Positions 45,389 through 54,458 of a stretch of 64,000 nucleotides of DNA are shown here, piece after piece. Under the pieces are notes generated by a model. That model searched no databases, was not told the DNA's origin, and saw only the letters and a list, made by a program, of their open reading frames with translations. Source of the stretch: Candidatus Acidiferrales bacterium (GTDB taxonomy: Bacteria; Acidobacteriota; Terriglobia; Acidiferrales; UBA7541); contig JBAWEZ010000066.1 of assembly GCA_049591475.1 (NCBI GenBank), positions 99,790-163,789 on the forward strand. Reading direction: 5' to 3'. The first letter of the stretch is position 1, and the number at the start of each line of letters is the position of its first letter. Both the position numbers and the translations under genes were made by a program.

Positions 45389-48052
45389 CTATTCCGGCAG
45401 CATGATCTGACCGTTGACCTCAAAATGGCTGCTGACGGACGCAACTCCAGTTCCGGGCTGACCGCCGCCGACCGACACGGTGTATTGGCCTTGGGCGACT
45501 ATAATGTCGCCGGCGTCAGTAACCATGCTGAGATCGCGACGCTTTAGGTGAAACTTCACTTCCTGGCTGGCGCCGGGTTCCAGATGGATGCGTTGGAATC
45601 CGCGGAGGGCTCGGATTGGCGCGCCCGGCACATCTGGGAACTTCAGATAGAGCTCTGCCACTTCGTCACCCGCGAGCTTCCCCGTATTCGTCACGGTCGC
45701 CGACACATTCAGCGGATCGCCCGCATTGATCGGTGCGCTCGGCACAGTGAGATCGCTGTATTTAAATGTTGTGTAGCTGAGGCCGTATCCAAAGGGCCAC
45801 AGCGGCTGGCCATCGAAGTAGCGGTAGGTGCGGCCTTTCATGGAGTAGTCCTCGAAGTTTGGCAACTGGTTGATGTTCTGATAGAAGGTTACGGGGAGAC
45901 GTCCGCCGGGATTGTTCTTTCCACTCAGTGTGTCCGCAATGGCGGCGCCGCCCTCCTCGCCGGAGTACCAGGCTTCTAGAATGGCGTTGGCATGCGCCTT
46001 TTCCCAATTAACGGCCAGGGCACTGCCGTTCATGAGCACGACGACGAGCGGCTTACCGGTAGCGGCTACGGCTTGGACCAGAGCCTCTTCCGGTCCGGGC
46101 ATTTTGAGGTTGGTGCGATCTCCTCCAAGAAAGCCAGGCTGCTCAACCTGCATCTCCTCGCCTTCGAGTCGGCTGGTGAGGCCGACCACGGCGATGACCA
46201 CGTCCGCGTTTCTCGCAGCAGCAACGGCGGCGGGATCAGGCGCGTTGTTGACGGGAACCCACTCAAGCTGGGCTGCCGGCTTGCCCCCGCGCATCTCCCC
46301 GTATGTCACATCGAGCTTCGCCGGCTGTCCTTTCACCAGATGCACGCGGCCGAGCTGCACCTGGGTGCTCTTGGAGCCACGGCCAGACGTCTGCGCGATC
46401 TGTCGATCATTGAGTGAAACGCGGGCAACGCCCGCGGCTCTGATGCCGACGAGATATTCGCCAGTTTCAGGGGCGTTGAGGAATCCAGTCCATTGCACGG
46501 TGAAAGCGGATTTTCCTTTCACCTGCTCGGGAAGATTGTTTTCGTTCAGGTCCACGGAGGCTTCCACCCGCGAAGTAATAGGATTGGATTCTTGGCCTAG
46601 GGCGGCGCCTGAACTGTAGCTGGCATCGAGGCCCGGCTTGCCGTTGCGTGTCGTGAGCGCCGACGCAGGTACGGGCTTCCCTCCGCCGTTTGAAAGGAAC
46701 TGGGTCCCAGGGACGTACGTGATCTTCGCGTTGGGAAATTCAGCCTTCATCCCTTCGAGCATGCTGACCGTGTGCGTGGGGATGCCGTTGTAGTTGCCCA
46801 GCAGGACGGCGGTCTGATCGGCAAGCGGACCGACGATGGCGATGCGCTCAACCGACGGCTTCAGCGGCAGTACGCCGTCATTCTTCAGCAGCACCATCGA
46901 TTCATCGGCGATGCGGCGGGCCAGCTCGCGATGTGCCGCGCTGTTGAGTTGGCTTGGGTCAATGTGGTCATAGGGCACCATTGAGGGCGGATCAAACATG
47001 CCCAGCTTAATCCGCGCAGTGAACAAGCGGACAAGCGCGGTGTTGATCGCGCTTTCGGAAAGATAGCCCTGTTGCACCGCTTCGATGAACGGCTTGTAGT
47101 CGTGGTCGTCCGTGGTTTTGGTGAAGAAATCGGCACACTCGTTATCCATGCCGCGTTCGAGCGAGATCGCTGAGGATTGAGCTTGAGTGGGCCGGTAATG
47201 GTGCCCGCTAAAGATGTCGCGAACAGCGTCACAATCAGAGACCACGTAGCCTTGGAATTGCCACGCGCCGCGCAGCGTATCCTGCAGCAGAAACTGGTTG
47301 GCGCAATCTGGCTCGCCCTTGAGACCGGTGTACGCGCACATTATCGATCCCGCATGACCCTCCACAATTGCGGCACGGAACGCAGGCAGGTACGTATCTT
47401 CCAGGTCGTGCTTGCTAACGTCATAGTCGGCGAAATGACGGATCGGCTCAGGCCCGCTGTGCGCATCAAAGTGCTTGGGACTGGAAATTACCTGGTAGTA
47501 GTGAGGATCAGTCCCTTGCATTCCCGTTACAAAAGCAACGGCCATCCGCGCGTCAAGGAACGGGTCCTCGCCGTATGTCTCCTGGCCCCGGCCCCAGCGT
47601 GGGTCGCGGAAGATATTCACGTTCGGAGCCCAGAAATCAAGGCCATGAAAAATTGTCGAGTTTCCGTCGTGTACGGACTGAGCATGCACGATGCGTCCTT
47701 CGATGCCGATGGCTGTGGCCATCTCGTGAATGCCGGGTTCGTCGAAAGTGGCGGCCAGGCCGATGGGCTCGGGGAATTCTGTGGTGCCATTTACCATCAC
47801 GCCGTGCAGCGCCTCGCTCCACCAGTTGTAGGCCGGCACACCTAGCCGTGGGATCGCGCGAGCCTGATTGACGAGCTGCGACGTCTTCTCCGGCAGCGTC
47901 ATTCGGTGAACCAAGTCAGCCGCGCGCTCCTCAGTCGGCAGTTTTGGATTCATATAAGGCAGCTTAGAAACTTCCTGGGCGCTGGCGGCACAGGCCAAAA
48001 GGGCGATGCAGGCGATCAGGGCTAACAATTTGCGCTTTCCGCAATAAGTCAT
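45389..48052 (-). CDS. glycoside hydrolase family 3 with PA14 insertion (beta-glucosidase/beta-xylosidase type), secreted
   Basis: From ATG 48052: MTYCGKRKLLALIACIALLACAASAQ. GH3 segments DPRWGRGQETYGEDPFL and GYVVSDC. PA14-like insert FTVQWTGFLNAPETGEYLVGIRAAG. C-terminal Fn3-like domain. Confidence 0.88.
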   Translation of the reverse strand: MTYCGKRKLLALIACIALLACAASAQEVSKLPYMNPKLPTEERAADLVHRMTLPEKTSQLVNQARAIPRLGVPAYNWWSEALHGVMVNGTTEFPEPIGLAATFDEPGIHEMATAIGIEGRIVHAQSVHDGNSTIFHGLDFWAPNVNIFRDPRWGRGQETYGEDPFLDARMAVAFVTGMQGTDPHYYQVISSPKHFDAHSGPEPIRHFADYDVSKHDLEDTYLPAFRAAIVEGHAGSIMCAYTGLKGEPDCANQFLLQDTLRGAWQFQGYVVSDCDAVRDIFSGHHYRPTQAQSSAISLERGMDNECADFFTKTTDDHDYKPFIEAVQQGYLSESAINTALVRLFTARIKLGMFDPPSMVPYDHIDPSQLNSAAHRELARRIADESMVLLKNDGVLPLKPSVERIAIVGPLADQTAVLLGNYNGIPTHTVSMLEGMKAEFPNAKITYVPGTQFLSNGGGKPVPASALTTRNGKPGLDASYSSGAALGQESNPITSRVEASVDLNENNLPEQVKGKSAFTVQWTGFLNAPETGEYLVGIRAAGVARVSLNDRQIAQTSGRGSKSTQVQLGRVHLVKGQPAKLDVTYGEMRGGKPAAQLEWVPVNNAPDPAAVAAARNADVVIAVVGLTSRLEGEEMQVEQPGFLGGDRTNLKMPGPEEALVQAVAATGKPLVVVLMNGSALAVNWEKAHANAILEAWYSGEEGGAAIADTLSGKNNPGGRLPVTFYQNINQLPNFEDYSMKGRTYRYFDGQPLWPFGYGLSYTTFKYSDLTVPSAPINAGDPLNVSATVTNTGKLAGDEVAELYLKFPDVPGAPIRALRGFQRIHLEPGASQEVKFHLKRRDLSMVTDAGDIIVAQGQYTVSVGGGQPGTGVASVSSHFEVNGQIMLPE

Positions 48053-48132
48053 GTTCTTCTCCCAAGCAGAATTGTCCAAGCGCAGCGGCGCAGTCTTAGG
48101 AAAGATCGCCGCAGTTTCCCAAGCCCGCGACG

Positions 48133-48161
48133 AGGATAGTGGCGCCCATTCTGGCTGTCAA
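48133..48161 (-). promoter_or_regulatory. sigma70-like promoter candidate for the GH3-PA14 gene
   Basis: The minus strand reads TTGACA (48161-48156), a 17-nt spacer, then TATCCT (48138-48133), about 80 nt upstream of ATG 48052. Pattern match only. Confidence 0.3.
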
Positions 48162-48280
48162 CGGGAACGATAAGCGGCGGGGGCCGATAAGTGCGGACAA
48201 CCGAACAGAAGTTTGGCCTTCAGCTAAAAGTGGATATTTGAGAGGTAAGAGCCCGCGGTGCTCGAATCAGAGTAGAACCA

Positions 48281-48583
48281 CTAGGACGTTCCTAGCTTCC
48301 GCTTGATCGCGGCCTGATATTCCGGGAAATATTTCCCGATCACGCTCAAGTCGAATTGCCTCAGGATTGACTCTTTCGGCTCATTTTCCAGCAGAAATTC
48401 AAACGACCTCCGCACCAGTTCCGCCGGATCCGCTTTTCCGCCCGTCAGCCGCAAATAATCCTCCGGCTGCACCGTCACCAAATGCGACGTTTCGCTACCA
48501 TGTTCGCTCACCCGCACGCGAAATTGGTTTTCGCCGGGCCGCTCAATCTCAATCTTCGCAGCCATCGCGCCCTCCAACTCCAT
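48281..48583 (-). CDS. conserved hypothetical protein
   Basis: 100-aa ORF (AAKIEIERPGENQFRVRVSEHGSETSHLVTVQPEDY...SFEFLLENEPKESILRQFDLSVIGKYFPEY). It resembles a small family I recall from actinobacteria, of unknown function. Good codon-like composition. Confidence 0.6.
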   Translation of the reverse strand: MELEGAMAAKIEIERPGENQFRVRVSEHGSETSHLVTVQPEDYLRLTGGKADPAELVRRSFEFLLENEPKESILRQFDLSVIGKYFPEYQAAIKRKLGTS

Positions 48584-48678
48584 CTTCCCATTCGCGCCGC
48601 GAATGAGAAAGGCTCGTAGAGCGAAAAAAGCCCGGTGATCCGCGCAATGCGCAACCGTCGCAACGAAACTGCTCGCGC

Positions 48679-48978
48679 TTAATGGCTCCCCGCAGCCCGC
48701 CCGCTGCTTTCCGCCGAAGTAGGATCGATCACTGACTGCACTTGCGAAACTTTGGTAGCCGGAAATCCGCCCTGCCGCGCGTGTTCCCGGATCATCTCCT
48801 CATTGGGTGCAATGTAGATGCAATAGATTTTGTCGTCCGTCACATAGCTTTCCACCCACTGGATCTGCGGCCCCAGGTTTCGCAACACGGAGCAAGATCT
48901 TTCGGATACTCCCTGCAAATCAGCGCCGCTCAATTTCCCGGCACCGGGCAAATCACGTTCGATAATGAACTTCGGCAT
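48679..48978 (-). CDS. DUF4242-like small protein
   Basis: From ATG 48978 (GGAGGG RBS): MPKFIIERDLPGAGKLSGADLQGVSERSCSVLRNLGPQIQWVESYVTDDKIYCIYIAPNEEMIREHARQGGFPA. The upstream 82-codon extension was rejected. Confidence 0.65.
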   Translation of the reverse strand: MPKFIIERDLPGAGKLSGADLQGVSERSCSVLRNLGPQIQWVESYVTDDKIYCIYIAPNEEMIREHARQGGFPATKVSQVQSVIDPTSAESSGRAAGSH

Positions 48979-49342
48979 GTGCGTTTCCCTCCTCGATGCG
49001 ACAGCGCGTGCTCCAGCGGCGGCGCAGTTGCTTCCGTGAAGTTTCCGACGGAACTTCTGTGCTGCGTATCGTACCCTACGTGAGTTCCACGGCCAACCGA
49101 TTCGCGCCCCGTGCGGACCTCGAAGGCTGTGAATGAAATGATATCGACCTGAAGGGCGGCGCGCCCGCCGCGGTTGCAGGGACAGGTCAAATGGCTCACG
49201 AGATTCGCAAGGATCGCGCCGCACATCGCTACGAATCCAATGCGATCCCGGCCGCCAACATTCCTCGCTTGTTAGAATGGATGCGTCCGGTCGGAAACAG
49301 CACAGAGACTTCGCGGAATCACCAGATGCCTCCGTGGACCTG

Positions 49343-49594
49343 CTACTGCGCAGGCGTTTTCAGCTTCAGCCGGCTCTTGTTCTCTTCCAAAAAATTCCGC
49401 AGGCCGTCGGCGGCGTCGAGCAGCCTGATCCACTGCTCGTAATAGAGTGTCACTGGAAATCGTCCCAGCCCGTAAACGCTCACGCCGCCTTTCTCGCCCA
49501 CGCGGAATTCCAGGCTGCCGCGCGCCCGTCCTCCGGTTTGCTTTTCCAGCTCGGCAATACGCGCCATCAATTCTTCTTTGGTTGGTTCGGCCAT
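49343..49594 (-). CDS. hypothetical small protein
   Basis: 83-aa ORF, MAEPTKEELMARIAELEKQTGG...GVSVYGLGRFPVTLYYEQWIRLL. Protein-like composition; no family recognised. Confidence 0.5.
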   Translation of the reverse strand: MAEPTKEELMARIAELEKQTGGRARGSLEFRVGEKGGVSVYGLGRFPVTLYYEQWIRLLDAADGLRNFLEENKSRLKLKTPAQ

Positions 49595-49760
49595 CGATCT
49601 TCTCCCTGTGAGATTCGGCTCCGAATCATATCATCGGCTCGGGCAGCCGGAGCTTCAGCCCGCCCTTGCGCCTGCTGGTCGCAATACATGCCGCTTCGGT
49701 TTTCAGTGCGAAGCGATTATGCTACGGGAGCTTTATAGGATGCGCAACGGAGGAGCAAAC

Positions 49761-50504
49761 ATGACCGCTGAGATCGCCACCCAGAAAGTTACCTTGGACG
49801 TTTCCGACGGCACCTCGATGAACGCGTACGTCGCGCGCCCGGCCGAGCCCGGCAAATTCCCCGGCATGCTCGTATTGCAGGAAGCGTTCGGAGTGAACGC
49901 CCACATTCGCGACATCACCGAGCGTATCGCCCGCGAAGGATACGTGGCCATAGCGCCCGAATTATTTCATCGCACTGGGCCAGGCTTCGAGGGCCGCTAC
50001 GACGATTTTCCCGCCGTAATGCCGCACATGCAGGGCCTCACCGAACAGGGCCAGGCTGCTGACATGCGCGCAGCCTACGATTGGCTCCGCGCCCACGATC
50101 AAGTCGCCGCCGACCGCGTCGCCAGCATCGGCTTCTGCATGGGTGGCCGCGCATCGTTCCTCGCCGACGCGATACTTCCGCTGCAAGCGTCGATTTCATT
50201 TTACGGCGGAGGCATTGCGCAGCAGTTTCTGCAACATGCACCGAATATGCACTCGCCGATTCTGCTGTTCTGGGGAGGTGAGGATAAGCACATCCTGGCG
50301 GAGCATCGTCACGCCGTTGTCGAAGCGCTCACCAAAGCCGGAAAGCAATTCGTGAATGTGCTGGTTTCCTACGCGGATCACGGGTTCTTTTGCGACGCGC
50401 GCGCTAGTTACAACCCCGCGGCAGCCGCCTTGGCGTGGGCGCTTACGAAGGAGTTTTTGAACACCTACGTGAAGGGTTCGGCGGCGAGAGCCAGCGCGGG
50501 ATAG
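49761..50504 (+). CDS. dienelactone hydrolase family protein
   Basis: From ATG 49761 (GGAGGAG RBS): MTAEIATQKVTLDVSDGTSMNAYVARP...PGMLVLQEAFGVNAHIRD...GFCMGG (Cys nucleophile elbow)...ADHGF. The ORF-track extension from 49578 was rejected. Confidence 0.85.
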   Translation: MTAEIATQKVTLDVSDGTSMNAYVARPAEPGKFPGMLVLQEAFGVNAHIRDITERIAREGYVAIAPELFHRTGPGFEGRYDDFPAVMPHMQGLTEQGQAADMRAAYDWLRAHDQVAADRVASIGFCMGGRASFLADAILPLQASISFYGGGIAQQFLQHAPNMHSPILLFWGGEDKHILAEHRHAVVEALTKAGKQFVNVLVSYADHGFFCDARASYNPAAAALAWALTKEFLNTYVKGSAARASAG

Positions 50505-50538
50505 TAGCGCCGGCTCGTCGATCGCGGTCAGTTGACTG

Positions 50539-51273
50539 TCAGTCGCGGTAAACGAATTCGAGCTTCACGCCAGCCACTTCGATCACGTCGCCCTGCTCGA
50601 GTTTAGTGGGGTGGTCGATCGGTTTCCCGTTGACGCTCGGCGTTTTGTCCGCCCCGCCCACGTAGTACGATTGATCCTCGCGACGGTTGATCTGTGCCGC
50701 AGCGCGCGGAGCGAACCAACTGGTTAACTTCACAGTGGCCATCGCCGATTTGCCGACCACCGTCAGCTTGTCCGAGAGCGCGTATTCCTTCTGATTGGTT
50801 TTGCCCTTGCGCACCACCAGCGTGGGCACCTTCATCCGCGCGGGTGCCACTTGTGAACTTTCGCCGCCAGCCGCCACTTGCTGCATGAACGTCCGCCGCT
50901 CTTTGGTGTCGAGAATGACCGTCTCGTTTATTTTGGGCGCGGCCGGCTTTGCGCTGCCGTTTCCCGCGGCGAATCCATCCAGATCTCGCGAATCGGATAC
51001 CACGATCGTGTGCTTGCCGATGGCCACGGAATCACCCGGCTTCAGAGTCACCATCTTGACGCGTTGCCCGTTCACAAACGTACCGTTGAGGCTTCCGAAA
51101 TCCTCCAGCATCATCCGGCCCTCTTCATTGAACACACGCGCGTGGTAGTGCGACACCGCCGGATTATCGATCACCAGCGCGTTATCGGGCGAGCGTCCGA
51201 TGCTCACCTCTTTGGCGTTCACCGGAACTTCTTGCAGTACCGCGTTTTCGAATTTCAGCACTAGCTTGGGCAT
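50539..51273 (-). CDS. FHA-domain protein (two FHA-like modules)
   Basis: The N-terminal FHA module is SIGRSPDNALVIDNPAVSHYHARV...GSLNGTFVNGQRV. A second FHA-like module lies at the C-terminus (...VGKSAMATVKL...NGKPIDHPTKLEQGDVIEVAGVKLEFV). Confidence 0.85.
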   Translation of the reverse strand: MPKLVLKFENAVLQEVPVNAKEVSIGRSPDNALVIDNPAVSHYHARVFNEEGRMMLEDFGSLNGTFVNGQRVKMVTLKPGDSVAIGKHTIVVSDSRDLDGFAAGNGSAKPAAPKINETVILDTKERRTFMQQVAAGGESSQVAPARMKVPTLVVRKGKTNQKEYALSDKLTVVGKSAMATVKLTSWFAPRAAAQINRREDQSYYVGGADKTPSVNGKPIDHPTKLEQGDVIEVAGVKLEFVYRD

Positions 51274-51305
51274 TTTCTCGCCCTCCCGATCACATCAATT
51301 CGCAA

Positions 51306-52118
51306 TCAATTGCCTCGTTTGAGCCATTTTCCAATGCATGAGAGAGCGCCCGCGGGTTTCGCGGCAAGCCGCAGTACGATAGCGGTGATGTTATCTCCGC
51401 CGCCAGCCTGCTTGGCGGCATCCACCAGTTGGTCAGCTGCTTCCTGAGCGTCATCGAGTTCGCCCAGCACGGCCGCGATCTGCGCGTCCGACAATTCGCG
51501 CGTGAGCCCGTCGGAACAGAGCAGCACGGTATCGTCGTCGAGCACCAACTCTTCGGCGACATCCACATCCACTTCCGGCGCGGTCCCGAGTGCGCGAATC
51601 AGCACGTTTTGCAATCCGCTCTGCTCGGCTTCCCGCTCGGTCATGCGGCCCTGGCGCACTTGTTCGGCAACGAACGAGTGATCGCGCGTCAATTGTTCCA
51701 GTTGCTGGCCGCGCAGCCGGTAGGCCCTGCTATCTCCCACGTGCGCCACGCTCATGCGCTCGCCCGCGAACCGCACGGCGACGATAGTCGCACCCATAGG
51801 CTGAGCCGGTCCACTGGTTTGCGCCGTTCGAAAGATTGCCTGATTTGCGCCCCGAATCGCAGCCACCAGACCGTTCGACTCAGCGGATACGCCTGCGATG
51901 AACTCGCCATTCGTCCCGACCGCCGATTTTGCACCGCGGCATTCGCGCACCACCGTTTCAACCGCGAGTCGGCTGGCCACTTCTCCATACGCCAGACCTC
52001 CCATGCCGTCCGACAGCACGAAGAGGCCCAACTCTGGCGCGGTGCCGTAGCTATCTTCGTTACCTTCGCGGACGCACCCCGTGTCGCTCCGCGCTCCGAA
52101 TTCGATTTCCGTGTCCAC
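51306..52118 (-). CDS. PP2C-family Ser/Thr protein phosphatase
   Basis: GTG start. RSDTGCVREGNEDSYG, LSDGMGGLAYGEVAS, LLCSDGLT, GGGDNITAIV. Confidence 0.88.
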   Translation of the reverse strand: MDTEIEFGARSDTGCVREGNEDSYGTAPELGLFVLSDGMGGLAYGEVASRLAVETVVRECRGAKSAVGTNGEFIAGVSAESNGLVAAIRGANQAIFRTAQTSGPAQPMGATIVAVRFAGERMSVAHVGDSRAYRLRGQQLEQLTRDHSFVAEQVRQGRMTEREAEQSGLQNVLIRALGTAPEVDVDVAEELVLDDDTVLLCSDGLTRELSDAQIAAVLGELDDAQEAADQLVDAAKQAGGGDNITAIVLRLAAKPAGALSCIGKWLKRGN

Positions 52119-52151
52119 TATGCGCCACCTGATTGGAGTCCATCCGAGAGC

Positions 52152-54260
52152 TCAGTCTTCCGGGTCCTGTTCCACGCCAGGAACCAGCCGCCCATCTCGC
52201 AGCGGATTTTTCAGCACTCGAATTCCTGCAAATCCCTGTTCCTTTAGCCACTCCATCACGCTGCCAAGGCGCTCGGGACCAAAAGGTCCGCTGAGGACCA
52301 GGAAAAACTGGCCCATTCCTGCGCGCCGCGATCTCACCACCACCGGCAATCCCAGGTCTTCCACTTTTTTCGCGGTCACCTGCGCGCGATCCTCGGTTTC
52401 GAAGCGGCCGATCCACAGGTACCGCTGCAAGTGGTCGTTCACGGGCGGAACGGAAAGCGTACTCTCGCCAAATGCAGCGTCCGCGCGCCGCTGCACCGCC
52501 GAGGGGGTGCCAGTTCCCTGCGCTGTAGCTCGTTTCGGCTTGGCGGGCACGACAGGCGTCCGCGTGCCCCTATCCGCAACCGCACGCGAGTTACTCGCAG
52601 CTTTCAGTCCGATGGTTTGCGCTGGGGTCACGCCGAAATCTGCGGTACTTGGCGGTACCGCTGCAACCGAATGCGCCTCATGTGTCGGCGGTGAAGGCAG
52701 CTCTTGCTTTGGAGTCGCCGTTGGCGCGGCACTGGAGTCATCTTCGACGCCGCTCGAGATTTTAGGCGCGATTTGCGGCGATTGCGCTGTACCCCGCGAA
52801 GCATCAGGAGATGTTGAATCTTGGCCGGAGGCTTGGTCGCTCGATTGTGGATTCGTTTCCGCGACCGACTGTGAATTCTGTTGTGCGGGAGCGCCCTGGA
52901 TGAACGATTTCGCCCGCCCGTAATAAAATTTCGCGGCACTGACGGTCAAGGGCGCGTATTCGCGCTCCGCTTGCACCACCTGGCTCCAGCGCAGGGCGGC
53001 ATACGCGCCGCCGGCGAGCAAGATCAGCAACAGGATCCATCCCGATTTCGACGTTCGCTTCGGCTCCGCCGCCGACAACGCGGATGCTCCATAAAGCGGA
53101 TGCAAAGCAAATGGCGCGCCATTCGTGGTGCGATTCGTCGCCGCAGTCGCAGAGGTGATGGGCAGCGGAGTATGCAACGCGCCCACCGCTGCAATTGTTG
53201 CTGCGCTCGCCGAAACAGCGGCTGCCGGAGCGCGCAACGTGTCCGCCAGTTGCGAGACCGATTGGAATCGATTCGCCGGATCCTTTTGCAGGCACTTCAT
53301 GATGGCCCGCTCGATGCCGAATGGAATCGAGGCATCAATTTCGTGCGGCGCTTTGGCCGCTTCCCGCATCTGTTTCAGCGCCACGGCAACCGCGTTCTCG
53401 GCTTGAAACGCGGGCTGCCCGGTGAAAATTTCGTAGAGAATCAATCCGAGCGCGTAGATATCTGTGCGGAAATCCACCTGTTTCCCGGACACTTGCTCGG
53501 GTGCCATGTACGCCGGGGTGCCGACCATCGATCCGGTAAGCCGCGTCATCGCGTCCATCGAACGCGCGATGCCGAAATCCATTATCTTCACGTTGCCCTG
53601 CGCGTCGACCATCACGTTTTCAGGTTTCAGGTCGCGATGAACGATTCCCTGCGCGTGCGCCTCCTGCAGTGCCGAGCACATTTGCAGCGCCACATCGAGA
53701 CCCTTGCGTAGCGGCAGGCCGCCGAAGCGGTTCAGCACGGCGCGCAAGCTATCGCCCTCGACAAATTCCATCGACGTATAAGCGATGCCGCCAATGCGGT
53801 TAAAATCGTAAACGCGGCAGACGTTCTTGTGCGTAATCTTGCGGGCAAAGAGCAGCTCTTTTTTAAACCGCTCCACCATGGTCTGATCGGAAGCGATTTC
53901 GGGCTTCAGCAGCTTGAGCGCCACGGTTTCACCGGTTTCGCGGTCGCGCGCTTTGTAAACGTTTCCCATGCTGCCGTGGCCGGCTTCGGCGAGCAGCTCA
54001 TACCGGTGCGAAAGCGGCGTCAGATCGACCGAAGGAAATTGCGGCTTGCTTGCCAGCTGTCCGGAGCCGGTGCTCGTGCCCGCAGGCGAGTCTTCGGGAC
54101 GGCCTCCTCCGTCGGGCATTAGTGCGGACGCATCTAGCAGGTCGCTGAGCAGCAACGTATCGTGGCGCTTATCACGACCCTGCTGCTGGCGGAGGTCTTT
54201 CGCGGCGCTGGCGTCGTTCGCGGACGCGGCCATCGAATCGGAATGGGGCGGCTGGGGCAT
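52152..54260 (-). CDS. Hanks-type Ser/Thr protein kinase with one transmembrane segment and extracytoplasmic C-terminal SPOR-like domain
   Basis: Kinase motifs GHGSMGNVYKA, VALKLL, HRDLKPEN, DFGIA, APE. TM segment WILLLILLAGGAYAAL, then a low-complexity linker. The C-terminus YLWIGRFETEDRAQVTAKKVEDLGLPVVV...FFLVLSGPFGPERLGSVMEWLKEQGF fits the SPOR pattern (Y.v..G.F...A....L...G......Y.V..GPF). Confidence 0.85.
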   Translation of the reverse strand: MPQPPHSDSMAASANDASAAKDLRQQQGRDKRHDTLLLSDLLDASALMPDGGGRPEDSPAGTSTGSGQLASKPQFPSVDLTPLSHRYELLAEAGHGSMGNVYKARDRETGETVALKLLKPEIASDQTMVERFKKELLFARKITHKNVCRVYDFNRIGGIAYTSMEFVEGDSLRAVLNRFGGLPLRKGLDVALQMCSALQEAHAQGIVHRDLKPENVMVDAQGNVKIMDFGIARSMDAMTRLTGSMVGTPAYMAPEQVSGKQVDFRTDIYALGLILYEIFTGQPAFQAENAVAVALKQMREAAKAPHEIDASIPFGIERAIMKCLQKDPANRFQSVSQLADTLRAPAAAVSASAATIAAVGALHTPLPITSATAATNRTTNGAPFALHPLYGASALSAAEPKRTSKSGWILLLILLAGGAYAALRWSQVVQAEREYAPLTVSAAKFYYGRAKSFIQGAPAQQNSQSVAETNPQSSDQASGQDSTSPDASRGTAQSPQIAPKISSGVEDDSSAAPTATPKQELPSPPTHEAHSVAAVPPSTADFGVTPAQTIGLKAASNSRAVADRGTRTPVVPAKPKRATAQGTGTPSAVQRRADAAFGESTLSVPPVNDHLQRYLWIGRFETEDRAQVTAKKVEDLGLPVVVRSRRAGMGQFFLVLSGPFGPERLGSVMEWLKEQGFAGIRVLKNPLRDGRLVPGVEQDPED

Positions 54261-54458
54261 AGTCCCGATCAGTTAGATTAGGCCAGGAAATGGGTCCGGT
54301 TCTATGGACCGCCCGCTATTTGTGAGCTAAGAGTATCCGGTACCAATGACTAGCCGGATTCGCGGTGCAGGCCGATGCACCTTTTTGCCCCGTCCATGTG
54401 TCTATATGATTGTTACGGTTAGAGCTACGCGGTACGATCCAATGGTGAGGAGACTCAG

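Noticed and set aside
52081-52923. 280-aa plus-strand ORF and several other ORFs overlapping the Ser/Thr kinase gene
   Set aside because: They are antisense or off-frame to a kinase ORF with all Hanks motifs. Low-complexity composition.
54365-54386. GTGCA-N6-TGCAC hairpin followed by CTTTTT upstream of ugd, as a terminator or attenuator
   Set aside because: The stem is only 5 bp. No upstream plus-strand gene exists for it to terminate. Too weak to call.
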